Source of the DNA: a virus
Lineage: Duplodnaviria; Caudoviricetes
Direction: 5' to 3' (one strand)
DNA length: 63,789 bases
IMG/VR virus record: IMGVR_UViG_3300027865_000008
Span: 1-63,789 of that record
How positions within the stretch are numbered: position 1 is the stretch's first letter; each line of letters opens with the position of its first letter. The translations under genes were made by a program, and so were the position numbers. A model generated the notes under the pieces. That model did no database searches. It had not been told where the DNA came from and worked only from the letters and a program-made list of their open reading frames with translations. Positions 25,531 to 35,004 of this stretch are shown piece after piece.

Positions 25531-25710
25531 ATGGTTTACGGGGATCCATATTTAATCGAAAATGTTGATGTTCGGCTTTATAACCCTAGTAACTTCGGTG
25601 ATTCATTCTATTGTCAGCCGAACGAGGAATTTTTACATTTGACCGCTAATGACGGTGCAGCCGCTTTACTTTATGACGTTCCGACTATTTATCATTTCGA
25701 AATGGGGTAA
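25531..25710 (+). CDS. Small hypothetical protein (59 aa, not in ORF track)
   Basis: ATG GTT TAC GGG...GAA ATG GGG TAA fills the gap before 25713. Confidence 0.4.
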   Translation: MVYGDPYLIENVDVRLYNPSNFGDSFYCQPNEEFLHLTANDGAAALLYDVPTIYHFEMG

Positions 25711-25712
25711 TA

Positions 25713-26663
25713 ATGGGTGTTACATTACAAGAACTTAGAATACGACAAGCTTTGTCCCTAGAAGATAAGATCAGGTTTTCTCAGGTTATGATTCAAGAGT
25801 GGTATGAATACTGGAAAACATTAGTATATGTTGCTTTTTCTGGTGGAAAAGATTCTACAGTTCTTCTCCACCTTATCAGATCGATATTTCCAGAAGTACC
25901 GGCCGTATTTTGTAATACCGGCTTAGAATTCCCTGAAATAATCCAATTTGTTCTAAAAACAGAAAACGTTACAATCCTTCGGCCTAAAAAGACGTTTAAA
26001 CAGATCATTAATAAATTTGGGTATCCAGTTATTTCAAAAAAACAAGCACAATATATTTATGAGGTACGAAATGCTAATGGAGATACTGCAACAAAGCGCT
26101 TGCGTTTAACAGGTATATATCCGAATGGCAAGAAGTCTCCGATGTCAGTATTGTCAAAAAAATGGCGTTATCTTGTAGATGCTCCTTTCGGGGTGTCTGA
26201 AAAATGTTGTCACATTATGAAAACGTATCCTGCACGAGCTTACTCAAAGCGATCAGGACGCTTTCCTTATAGGGGTATTATGGCTAGTGAGGGGGGAAAC
26301 AGAGAACACAATTATTTAAAGTATGGCTGTAATGCATTTTCTCTATCATCACAGCCTAGGTCTGATCCTATATCATTTTGGACGGAAAAAGATATTTGGA
26401 ATTATATCGAAAAATATAACGTTTCGTACTCAAAAATTTATGATATGGGGTATAAGCGGACAGGTTGTATCTACTGTGGTTTTGGTGCGCATATGGAAAA
26501 GTATCCAAACAGATTTCAACGATTGCGGCGAACACATTTCAAATTATGGAAATACTGTATGGATCAATTGGGTATGAAAGAAGTCCTTAAATATATTGGG
26601 ATTCCTACTGTTGTTAGCGGGGAGCAATTGGATTTAAAAAAATACTTGGAGAAAAGAACATGA
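25713..26663 (+). CDS. PAPS-reductase-family protein
   Basis: YVAFSGGKDSTVL PP-loop, NTGLEFPE, CC...K, PISFW...DIW.Y, RTGCIYC. Confidence 0.92.
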   Translation: MGVTLQELRIRQALSLEDKIRFSQVMIQEWYEYWKTLVYVAFSGGKDSTVLLHLIRSIFPEVPAVFCNTGLEFPEIIQFVLKTENVTILRPKKTFKQIINKFGYPVISKKQAQYIYEVRNANGDTATKRLRLTGIYPNGKKSPMSVLSKKWRYLVDAPFGVSEKCCHIMKTYPARAYSKRSGRFPYRGIMASEGGNREHNYLKYGCNAFSLSSQPRSDPISFWTEKDIWNYIEKYNVSYSKIYDMGYKRTGCIYCGFGAHMEKYPNRFQRLRRTHFKLWKYCMDQLGMKEVLKYIGIPTVVSGEQLDLKKYLEKRT

Positions 26664-26923
26664 AAAGAGACATATCAGAATTTTTTTCAACACTAAGTGA
26701 GAGACTACAGCTCTGTATCTGTTTTTCTTTGTGGTTGATACTTCTATTAGTATGCCTCTCTTTTGTTTTATCGTTAGGACTACTTCAAGTGACAATAGTA
26801 GGATTTAACTGTATAAGTTCAATGTTCGAATGCTTGAAGCCGGATGGAATATTACAAATATTACATGATGCAAATGGAAAAAGATCCGTTAAGTGTAGTT
26901 CAAGAAAAAATAAAGGAGCGTGA
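26660..26923 (+). CDS. Small membrane protein
   Basis: Long hydrophobic stretch; coupled start/stop. Confidence 0.45.
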   Translation: MKRDISEFFSTLSERLQLCICFSLWLILLLVCLSFVLSLGLLQVTIVGFNCISSMFECLKPDGILQILHDANGKRSVKCSSRKNKGA

Positions 26924-27126
26924 AAGTGATTTTAGACTCTACAAGGGAAAATATGGAGAATCTACGGGTAGCTACAAATACAAAACAAAACGATTTTAAC
27001 TCTATAGAAGAGGAGGAAATTTTCGAGGTCACTGTAAAGAAGAAGAAAAAAAACAAGGAAATAAAAACAGGGGGGGTAATAAAAATCCATGGGTGTAAGA
27101 GCGACAACAGTCATAATCGATTGTGA
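26920..27126 (+). CDS. Hypothetical protein
   Basis: SD AAGGAG. Confidence 0.45.
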   Translation: MKVILDSTRENMENLRVATNTKQNDFNSIEEEEIFEVTVKKKKKNKEIKTGGVIKIHGCKSDNSHNRL

Positions 27127-27301
27127 CTGTTGTAAAAACAATACAGTGAAGGGGGTTCCGGTGGTTATTCGCTTACCTTCGGTGGAAATGTTGGTAGCCG
27201 GGATTGATGTTAAGGTAGAAATAAGAGCTGATTTTTTGGGTTGGGAATTCTTCGCCGGGAGTTGGTATTGTCCCGAATGTAAATCTAAAAAAGCATCATA
27301 A
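27089..27301 (+). CDS. Zn-ribbon protein
   Basis: CDCC...GW......YCPEC. Confidence 0.6.
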   Translation: MGVRATTVIIDCDCCKNNTVKGVPVVIRLPSVEMLVAGIDVKVEIRADFLGWEFFAGSWYCPECKSKKAS

Positions 27302-27306
27302 GGATA

Positions 27307-27741
27307 TTGTTTATGGGTAAATATAAGAAACTTGTAAAACTTTATAATCGTATCCCTTTAATGAAGTGCAAAAGGGGTTGCAATGAATGCTGTAATTCTG
27401 TGATTTTTAGTGAGGTTGAGGCAAGTAAACTATCGAAAATTCATAGGATTGCTTTGAAAGTTGCTGGTAATTCAAGTTTGCGCTGTTCGGACATAACGTC
27501 AAATGGACATTGTGTGTTTGCTTCAAAAAAGGGATGTTGTATTCATGATGTGAGACCGTTTTTGTGTCGGTTAAAAGGAACGGTGAAGTCAGAAACCCTC
27601 AAATGCGAAGTCGGGGGAGAATATCAACCGGGTGATTTTTTGAGTGGAAAAACAGCTCGTAGGCTAATGCAGGAATATACATCTAAATTTTTTGATCCGG
27701 TTGATGTAGCTGAATGGAGGTTCTGGTTGAAAAATCAGTGA
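27307..27741 (+). CDS. YkgJ-family (CxxCxxCC) cysteine-cluster protein
   Basis: CKRGCNECC ... CVF....C.IHDVRPFLCR. Confidence 0.85.
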   Translation: MFMGKYKKLVKLYNRIPLMKCKRGCNECCNSVIFSEVEASKLSKIHRIALKVAGNSSLRCSDITSNGHCVFASKKGCCIHDVRPFLCRLKGTVKSETLKCEVGGEYQPGDFLSGKTARRLMQEYTSKFFDPVDVAEWRFWLKNQ

Positions 27742-27789
27742 TTATGAACGGGATCGGTATTATGTGTTTCATTGTGGTTGTCCACCATA

Positions 27790-27829
27790 TTGATATCCCC
27801 TCCATATTGTTGTATAATTTATATGGAGG
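27790..27829 (+). promoter_or_regulatory. HNH promoter embedded in an SD-sequestering hairpin
   Basis: TTGATA-N17-TATAAT; CCTCCATAT pairs with ATATGGAGG. Confidence 0.7.
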
Positions 27830-27834
27830 CATGT

Positions 27835-28434
27835 ATGAAAAGAGATAAAAATGGCAGGTTTTTAAAGGGGTTTAGGCATTCAGCTGAAACAGAATTTAAA
27901 AAGGGGCACCATTGGAGAAAGAGTAAAAACTTTTGGAATAAAGAATGGCTAAAAAATGAATATATAAATAAACAAAAGAGCGCTCAAGACATAGCTTGTG
28001 AAAATGGTTGCATTGAAAACAATATTCTATATTGGCTTAAAAAGCATAATATTGAAACAAGATCAATTTCAGAAGTAAGAAAAATAAAGAAATGGGGTCT
28101 TAAAGGTAAACATAACCCAATGTTTGGAAAGAAATGTGAAAGGAGTTCTAATTGGAAAGGTGGAATAACTCCAGAAAGAGAAGCTTTGTACTGTCAATTA
28201 GAGTGGAAGGAAATCGCTGCTTATATATGGGAAAGAGATAAAGGTAAATGTAATAGATGTAATAAAGAAGATACAAATAAAAGAAAGATGCACGTTCATC
28301 ATATATACCCTTTCTATTCCCACAAAGCAAAGAGATGTGATATAGATCATCTTATTCTGTTATGTAGTAAATGTCACGGATTTATACACTCAAAGTTAAA
28401 TGTAAACAATGAATTTCTGGAAGGAGGTGAATAG
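27835..28434 (+). CDS. HNH homing-endonuclease-like protein
   Basis: RD.NGRF.KG, NPMFGK...NWKGG (NUMOD-like), RDKGKC..C...HVHHI...LC.KCH..IH. Confidence 0.9.
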   Translation: MKRDKNGRFLKGFRHSAETEFKKGHHWRKSKNFWNKEWLKNEYINKQKSAQDIACENGCIENNILYWLKKHNIETRSISEVRKIKKWGLKGKHNPMFGKKCERSSNWKGGITPEREALYCQLEWKEIAAYIWERDKGKCNRCNKEDTNKRKMHVHHIYPFYSHKAKRCDIDHLILLCSKCHGFIHSKLNVNNEFLEGGE

Positions 28435-28436
28435 CC

Positions 28437-29466
28437 ATTAAATTTTTAAATCAATCAGTTTTTGACAAATGGCCATTGGAGGACAATTCGATACAAAGTA
28501 TCGTGACAAGTCCTCCTTATTGACTGGGGGCTACGGAAGTACGATATTCCAGATATCAGGGTAACGATTCCATCAAAACAGAAATGCAACTGTATGGGAA
28601 ATGGAAATTTACCCAGTGGCCGAACGTGTATGTGTTGTGGCAGCTGGCAGGGACAATATGGGCTCGAACCTGATTTCAAAAAGTATGTTCTCCATACAAA
28701 ATGGTGGGCAAATGAAGCCTGGCGTGTCTTAAAAGATAACGGGGTATTCTTCCTTAATTTGGGCGACACATATTCAGGTAGTCATAAGGGGGCATGGAAA
28801 GGTCATAAATATACCCATGGAAAGCTTGGTATATCATCTGAACACTTGCCTGTAAATAATTTTGATTATGGGAATATTTCAAGAAAATGTAAGCTAATGA
28901 TACCCCAGAGAATAGTTATTGCGTTAATTGATGGCGGCTGGATTCTTCGTAACGATATCATATGGTTGAAACCTAATGCCATGCCCGAATCATGCGAAGA
29001 CCGTTTTTCAAAGAAATTCGAATATATTTTCATGCTCGTAAAAAATGAAAATTACTTCTTTGATCTGGATTCAGTTAGGGAAAAATGTAAACCATTAAAC
29101 AGGTGGGGCGGACCTCGAGTAAAGGAAAAAGCGGAAAAAACTGAACGAGATAAGGTAACAAATCAAAAATTTAACCGGCCTGGCAGACAGGTACAACCTA
29201 ACAATGGAATGAAGAATCCAGGCGATGTATGGGAGATAAGTACGAAGCCCTCCGGTATAGAGCATTACGCTACATGGCCGGAAGAACTCGTTCGCCGGAT
29301 GATTAAATGTTCTACAAAGCGAGATGATACAGTTCTTGATCCGTTTTGTGGAAGTGGTATGACAATTAAAGTTGCTGAACAATTGAATAGAAGGGGGGTA
29401 GGTATCGATTTAGGCTATCGGGAAATCAGAAAAAAAGTGTGCCGAAACATTCAAAAAGAATTCTAG
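28437..29466 (+). CDS. N6/N4 DNA methyltransferase (beta class), split by stop/+1 frameshift after SPPY; recoded gene or pseudogene
   Basis: 28437-28520 encodes IKFLNQ...IVTSPPY, then TGA-C, then WGLRKYD...GLEP...RVLK..G..FLNLGDTY...H.A..PEEL...VLDPFCGSG. The only start with good spacing from the SD GGAGGT is ATT. Confidence 0.8.
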
Positions 29467-29562
29467 GAAAATAATTCTCTGAAATGAATTATGGCTACAT
29501 AAAGAATTTTCGGTAAGTATTGGAAAATTAAAATATAAACCGAAGGGATCCAGGAGAAAAAT

Positions 29563-29871
29563 ATGTTAAGTCCAGAAGATAAAAAATCGTCCGATAATGG
29601 TGAAAAAGATGATCCTCGTCCTAATAATAGAGACTTTCGTTTATGGGAAACATTCCAAAAAAACGGCATGCTTTGGCTTGTTAACTCAAATTTACATATT
29701 TTTGGGTGGAATATCGTAATTGAGAGAGATGAGGACGTTATAGTCGATGTTTTTCCCATTAAAACGAGAAATGGGGGGTTTTCAGCGACCACTAATAAAT
29801 GGGGAATAAGGCGTATCTCTGAATATATGAAGAGAACGGACGAACTCATTAAAGATTTGGAGGATTATTAG
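29563..29871 (+). CDS. Hypothetical phage protein
   Basis: W..F...G.LW.VN..LH.FGW.I motif; SD AGGAG. Confidence 0.65.
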   Translation: MLSPEDKKSSDNGEKDDPRPNNRDFRLWETFQKNGMLWLVNSNLHIFGWNIVIERDEDVIVDVFPIKTRNGGFSATTNKWGIRRISEYMKRTDELIKDLEDY

Positions 29872-30122
29872 TGCAGGAATTTGCTTACATTTATGATCAC
29901 GTAAAACGCAAGGTAAAGAATGAAAGGATTTTAGAGGTGGTTTCCAAGAGCGGTAAATTTCCTCCCGCACAGATCTTTTTTAATACAAAAGACGCTGATG
30001 CTTTTAAAAATAAGGCGATAGATGCTGAGGTCGGAAAGCATGAAGGTACCATTAACAAGTTGAAGGGGATAATTAAGATATTAAAAACAGGGAAATTTTC
30101 ACATGTTGATAGTACTAAATAA
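29871..30122 (+). CDS. Hypothetical protein
   Basis: Coupled ORF with SD GGAGG. Confidence 0.5.
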   Translation: MQEFAYIYDHVKRKVKNERILEVVSKSGKFPPAQIFFNTKDADAFKNKAIDAEVGKHEGTINKLKGIIKILKTGKFSHVDSTK

Positions 30123-30339
30123 AGACGAAGTGAGGGCGATAAAGGCTCTTAAGCGTTTGGCGAAGATATGGCCACAATCTTTATCGCTGCTTTCTATGTG
30201 CAGTGATTTATGTGTCATGAAGACCGATCTGTGTCATGTATGGCCGGTCGGGACTTCTAATAATGCGAAGGAAGGTGTGAACCCTGATGCCCAGGTGTGC
30301 AAAATTGAGGGTATTCCTAACGATGGAGGGGGGTGGTAA
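30103..30339 (+). CDS. Hypothetical protein
   Basis: AIKALKRLAK.WP.SL...I.GIPNDGGGW. Confidence 0.6.
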   Translation: MLIVLNKDEVRAIKALKRLAKIWPQSLSLLSMCSDLCVMKTDLCHVWPVGTSNNAKEGVNPDAQVCKIEGIPNDGGGW

Positions 30340-30541
30340 AGAATACAGAACAGAAATTAATCTTGCATTGTTGCCCGCACACAAACGGGAATATGCTTAC
30401 AAGAAATTTTTAGAGTTGATGAATGCCGTTATATCTGAGAAAAACGAGGAGGAACTTTCTGGCAAATCGGAAACAGTACCAGAGGATAACGCCGTCATAT
30501 CTGACGGAGGAATTTCGTAAAAAACAAGGGAGGAAATACAT

Positions 30542-30952
30542 TTGAACATTGATGATCTAAAAATCAGGGCGAAATTAAAGGAAGGTGGAGTAGTTACAGT
30601 TCTATCGATTGATGTAATAGACGATGATCTTTACATTCAATATCCAGATGGTGAACGAGACTGGATAGGTAAAACAAAGGTTGAAACTCTTATTCGCTAT
30701 ACCTACAGGTTAGACAAAAAATTCAAGCCGATTTATGAAGGTGACTGGCTTAAGGTTCCAGGGGCGACTAATAATGGTGAAGTTATCTGGGATGATGAAG
30801 CATTACAATGGAAAATCAGTATAAAAACGCGGAACGATTGTAATCTTAAAGCACCATTTATCAAAGGTGTAGAAATTATCGGTAGTAATTATAGCGGTTA
30901 TACTGCTGAGGCACAGAAACCTGGACAGGTATTGCAAGGACCGGCAGCATAA
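30542..30952 (+). CDS. YopX-like protein
   Basis: LK.RA....., Y...DK...IYEGD, V.W, EIIG. Confidence 0.75.
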   Translation: MNIDDLKIRAKLKEGGVVTVLSIDVIDDDLYIQYPDGERDWIGKTKVETLIRYTYRLDKKFKPIYEGDWLKVPGATNNGEVIWDDEALQWKISIKTRNDCNLKAPFIKGVEIIGSNYSGYTAEAQKPGQVLQGPAA

Positions 30953-30994
30953 CTAAAATTATTAATAAACGGAAAGGACCGGGAGGGTAAGATT

Positions 30995-31372
30995 TTGAAA
31001 TTTAATTATGTTCATGACAAGGTTAAACTTGCAAGTACAGGTAAGGTCTGTAAACTTTTATCTGTTGATCATGTAAAACGAACGGTACGTGTTTTGTACT
31101 CAAATGGTCAAGGACATTGGGAAGAGATGTCCGACATAGAAAAACATATCAGGTATATATATAAAAAAGATGTGGACGGTAAACCAATTTATGAGGGGGA
31201 TATAGTAAAAATTCCAGGTTACGAAGAACAGGCTTTCGTTGTATGGGATGAAGTTGAACTTGGGTGGAAATTAAGCACAGCAAATAGTATGTTTGTTTGT
31301 TCTGCATCTTTTAATACAGGGAATATAAAAAAATTCGGTTTGAAAGTCATTGGCAGTATTTACGATGAATAA
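30995..31372 (+). CDS. YopX-like protein (paralog)
   Basis: KD.DGKPIYEGDIV...V.W...VIGSIY. Confidence 0.8.
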   Translation: MKFNYVHDKVKLASTGKVCKLLSVDHVKRTVRVLYSNGQGHWEEMSDIEKHIRYIYKKDVDGKPIYEGDIVKIPGYEEQAFVVWDEVELGWKLSTANSMFVCSASFNTGNIKKFGLKVIGSIYDE

Positions 31373-31523
31373 TTCCGAATTCCTAGACAATCTTACGGAG
31401 TTCTTTGCCTCTTTCGAAAAAATAGGCAAGGCAGAATTGGAAGCAGAACTAAGAGAAGTCAGAGTTTAATGATTTTATTTGTTCCAAAGTAAGAGAAATC
31501 GAAGAAAAACAAGGTGATTAAAA

Positions 31524-31907
31524 ATGAATGATCGTTTTTTAGGAAGATTTGATGATGTCATATATGACCAGGAAACAGGTTTTGAATGGATAGCTGGACC
31601 TGATGTTGCCACACCATGGCCTGTTGCAAAAAAATGGGCAGAGGATATGTATACCGATCGGAAAAATTGGAGAATGCCTACAAAGGAAGAGTTGAAAACA
31701 TTGTATCAATTAGGATTAGGTAAATGTAACATCTCCCCATTATTTGAGATGAGAGAATGTTACGAGCAACCTCGTGGAATTTTTGTATGGTCAATAGAAA
31801 GAAGGGGTTCCATGAATGCATGGGGGTTTCATTTTGAAAAAGGTGATTATCGTTGGGCTAATTGTAAAAGTGATGCTTTCCGGAGAGGTTTTGCTGTACG
31901 CGGTTGA
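31524..31907 (+). CDS. DUF1566 (Lcl) domain protein
   Basis: D..TG.EW, W..A..W, WRMPT.EEL..L, VWS, AW.F.F..G, AVR. Confidence 0.85.
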   Translation: MNDRFLGRFDDVIYDQETGFEWIAGPDVATPWPVAKKWAEDMYTDRKNWRMPTKEELKTLYQLGLGKCNISPLFEMRECYEQPRGIFVWSIERRGSMNAWGFHFEKGDYRWANCKSDAFRRGFAVRG

Positions 31908-32009
31908 ATTACATAAATAATAGTCGATAAGTATCAGAAAATTAAAATGTATTTCAAGCGATCCAGAAGAAAAAATATGTCACCTTTAAGTAATGGCGGA
32001 AATATATAA

Positions 32010-32258
32010 ATGATAGAAGTCAGAAATAAGCTCATAAAAAAGTCAGATCATAACGGTAGGTTATGTTCTGCCATAGATGAAAATTGTCCTTGTAGAAAAT
32101 GTTATCGTCCGCATGATTTCAGAAAATCATATGATGATCCCCATGATATGCGATGTGTAAATAATTATAACCATGGGTGTCCTGATCCGGTGCCACAACC
32201 GGATCATATCTTCTCCAGGAAAAAGTGCAAGAGATGCGGAGAAATAGAGAATAAATAA
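32010..32258 (+). CDS. Cys/His-rich small protein
   Basis: Multiple CxxC/CxxH motifs. Confidence 0.55.
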   Translation: MIEVRNKLIKKSDHNGRLCSAIDENCPCRKCYRPHDFRKSYDDPHDMRCVNNYNHGCPDPVPQPDHIFSRKKCKRCGEIENK

Positions 32259-32259
32259 C

Positions 32260-32309
32260 TTGACTCCTATTTTTTTCTCAGTATACTTTACTAGTAGACT
32301 ACTAGTAAA
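32260..32309 (+). promoter_or_regulatory. Promoter plus perfect inverted-repeat operator
   Basis: TTGACT-N16-TATACT; TTTACTAGTAG-A-CTACTAGTAAA at 32287-32309. Confidence 0.7.
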
Positions 32310-32329
32310 CGAATAGTAAAGTTTGGAGT

Positions 32330-32527
32330 TTGAAAATGAAAATTGATGTTAAACGAATAAGGAAAAACCTAGATTTAACACAATATCAACTAGCCATTGA
32401 ACTTGAGCTTTCTCCTTCGGCGGTTGCGAAGTGGGAGGCTGATACACACCAACCCAGTAAAAATTCAAAAGAAAGATTGCAAGAACTGGCAAAGAAAGGA
32501 GGAATCGAATTTTCAACAGTTCATTAA
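32330..32527 (+). CDS. XRE/Cro-family HTH regulator
   Basis: IRK.L.LTQ.QLA..L.LS.SAVAKWE...QP. Confidence 0.9.
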   Translation: MKMKIDVKRIRKNLDLTQYQLAIELELSPSAVAKWEADTHQPSKNSKERLQELAKKGGIEFSTVH

Positions 32528-32585
32528 ACCGAGTATAAATGAAAGTATTGTTGAAACAGTAACAAAAAGGAAAAGGAAAAGAACG

Positions 32586-33614
32586 ATGGAAAAGATAAAA
32601 ACGACTTATTCCATGTGGAATAAGTTTCGAAGCTGCCCGAAATCCTGCCAATTCCGATACCTTGAAAATCTCGTTCCCTTGAAGAAAGATTCAAATTTGA
32701 CCTTCGGTTCTGTTATCCATGAGTGTCTTGAATGCTGGCATGGAGATTATAATGTCGGTATGGTGTATAAGATTTTGGATGAAATGTATCCGGAAAGGGC
32801 TACCAACGAGAATCAGAAATATACCTATCGGTATGCCCGTGCAATGATGACGGGATATTTCCAGGCATATGTATCTGATAAAGATAGTTTTGAGGTTGTT
32901 TGTCTCGAAAAAGAATTCCAGGGGGAGATTATCAATCCCAAAACAGGTTCGTTTTCCCGCAGTTTTTCTTTTGCCGGAAAAGTAGACGGGGTAGTAAAAG
33001 TAGCTGGTGAGCACTATTTGTTGGAGCATAAAACGGCTTCAACAATCGATTCCACTTATATTGAAAGACTTTGGAATGATTTTCAAATCACCCTTTATTC
33101 CTGGTATATGAGGGAAGTGTACAAATATCCTATTGTAGGGATTATTTATAACATTTTGGGAAAAGCTAAGTTAAAACAGGGTGAGGGTGAAACAGAAGCA
33201 GAATACGAAACCCGCCGACAGGAACTTATTGCCAAATCAAAATCAGGAAAAACCACCGCCAAAAGGAAAATGCCTGAAACTGATGAAGAATATCATGAAC
33301 GACTACAAAAAAAATGTAGTGATCCAAAAATGTTTCACAGAGAAATTATCTATATTTCCCAGGATCGTTATGCCGATTTAAGGCAAGAATTATGGGAATT
33401 GTCTCAAACATTCCTTTTTGCCCGTAGGAGGAAATTCTTCTGTAAAAATACTTCTTCATGTTATCAGTACCGGCGGCAATGTGCTTACCATCCAATCTGT
33501 ACCGCAAAAGATCCCCAAATGGCTATTGATAACTTTTTTGAAAAAGTTGAGCCCCACCAAGAATTGAGTGTAGGAAAAAGTGAAGACGAAACTGTAGCAG
33601 AACTATCATTCTAG
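32586..33614 (+). CDS. PD-(D/E)XK exonuclease (RecB/Cas4-like with Cys ligands)
   Basis: FRSCP, FGS..H, GKVDG, LLEHKT, Q..LY, C..Y..QC.Y..IC; ATG at 32586. Confidence 0.85.
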   Translation: MEKIKTTYSMWNKFRSCPKSCQFRYLENLVPLKKDSNLTFGSVIHECLECWHGDYNVGMVYKILDEMYPERATNENQKYTYRYARAMMTGYFQAYVSDKDSFEVVCLEKEFQGEIINPKTGSFSRSFSFAGKVDGVVKVAGEHYLLEHKTASTIDSTYIERLWNDFQITLYSWYMREVYKYPIVGIIYNILGKAKLKQGEGETEAEYETRRQELIAKSKSGKTTAKRKMPETDEEYHERLQKKCSDPKMFHREIIYISQDRYADLRQELWELSQTFLFARRRKFFCKNTSSCYQYRRQCAYHPICTAKDPQMAIDNFFEKVEPHQELSVGKSEDETVAELSF

Positions 33615-33651
33615 TAATCAGGAATGTAAATAAATAAAAGGATTTCAAGTA

Positions 33652-34428
33652 ATGGAAAAGAAGGAATCATTAAAATTGCCGGTAAATAAAACACTGGCGA
33701 GGTCTGAATTGGAGAGTTTTTCTATTCTCATCCATGGAATGCCGAAAATAGGTAAGTCCACTTTTTGTTCTAATGCAGAAAATACTCTGTTTCTGGCAAC
33801 TGAACCAGGACTGAATTCGCTGGATGTTTATCAGTTGCCGATAAAAGACTGGCCAAGTTTAATGGACGCTTGTGGCTTGATAGCAAGTGGTGATCATAAA
33901 TATAAAACAATTGTTATAGATACGATTGATAATGCGTACAAGCTCTGCCAGGCTTATATCTGTTCAAAGTACAAGATTGATCATGAATCGGACATGGGTT
34001 GGGGTAAGGGTCATGCTTTCGTTAATAACGAGTTCCAGCGGGCAATAAATAAAATGATTGCCATGCCGTATGGTTTGTATATGATCTCTCATTCGCAAGC
34101 GAGGGAAATTGAAACCCGGACGAGCAAACATACTAAAATTGTTCCCACTCTGCCGGATAAGGTCGGAAAGATCATAACTGGTATGGTGGATATGATTCTA
34201 TTCTGTGATTTAGAAATTGTGAAGGATGACAGTGGTAATGATATTTCGAGACGTGTTCTTAGAACAACACCCAATATCTACTTTGAAGCAGGTAACAGGC
34301 TAGGTCTATCACCAGTAATAGATCTGGATTATGGGAAATTTAAGGAGGATTTTATTGCCACGATGAAGAGGAGGGCGGTAAAGGGCGAGACGAAATCCTC
34401 GCAGAAAAAAACAGAAAAAAAGTCATAA
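33652..34428 (+). CDS. AAA_24 / Sak4-like ATPase
   Basis: LIHG.PKIGKST, TE.G, KTIVIDT.D, G.GKG, ISH. Confidence 0.85.
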   Translation: MEKKESLKLPVNKTLARSELESFSILIHGMPKIGKSTFCSNAENTLFLATEPGLNSLDVYQLPIKDWPSLMDACGLIASGDHKYKTIVIDTIDNAYKLCQAYICSKYKIDHESDMGWGKGHAFVNNEFQRAINKMIAMPYGLYMISHSQAREIETRTSKHTKIVPTLPDKVGKIITGMVDMILFCDLEIVKDDSGNDISRRVLRTTPNIYFEAGNRLGLSPVIDLDYGKFKEDFIATMKRRAVKGETKSSQKKTEKKS

Positions 34429-34482
34429 CGAATACAGTAATAACCGTACAGTAACCGTAATAAATTTACAGGAGATTAAAAA

Positions 34483-35004
34483 ATGGAAGAAACTGAAAAA
34501 AATGAGGACTTTGCAGGCGACTTATCACAATTTGATGATGAGTTTGAAAAAACCGAAGCTGCACCTCCAAATGAATTTGTAAAAATTCCAAATGGTAAAT
34601 ATCAAGTGGTTGTTGACAAAGTTCGTCTCGATAGGGCACAAAATTCCGGGGCTCTGATGCTTAAATGGGAATTGATTATTATCGGTGGAAAATATATAGG
34701 GCGACGTTTGTTTAGAAACAACATGATTGCTACACCCGAAAACTTTTCATGGCTCAAGCGTGATCTAATTAACTCCGGTGTCGAGATTAAAAAAGCTTCT
34801 GAACTTCCTGGCCAATTGAACAATTTGCTCAATATCCTCCTGGAAGTAGCAGTAAGGAATACGAAAAAGAACGACCAAGAAAATGTAAATGTCTATATCA
34901 CCAAGAAATTAAAAATAGAGTTGCCGGAGGCATACATAAGACATATGGAAAGTAAGGACGATTTCAATGCAGAAGACATCGAGGCAGGTAAACTCAAGTT
35001 CTAA
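34483..35004 (+). CDS. DUF669 family (SSB-like) protein
   Basis: F..IP.GKY.V, SG..ML.W...I..G.Y.GR..F; acidic tail. Confidence 0.8.
   Translation: MEETEKNEDFAGDLSQFDDEFEKTEAAPPNEFVKIPNGKYQVVVDKVRLDRAQNSGALMLKWELIIIGGKYIGRRLFRNNMIATPENFSWLKRDLINSGVEIKKASELPGQLNNLLNILLEVAVRNTKKNDQENVNVYITKKLKIELPEAYIRHMESKDDFNAEDIEAGKLKF

Noticed and set aside
27772-27834. N-terminal extension of HNH (MWLSTILISPPY...) as real MTase-like coding sequence
   Set aside because: It overlaps the HNH promoter and anti-SD arm; the ATG at 27835 has the proper SD.
28518-28527. Genome-wide TGA reassignment or simple read-through explaining the MTase stop
   Set aside because: TGA ends many clear genes here, and the MTase continues in a different frame.
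34425-34462. Short TAACCGTA/TACAGTAA repeats (and CAATTACGG x2 near 45431)
   Set aside because: Too short and too few to support a function.
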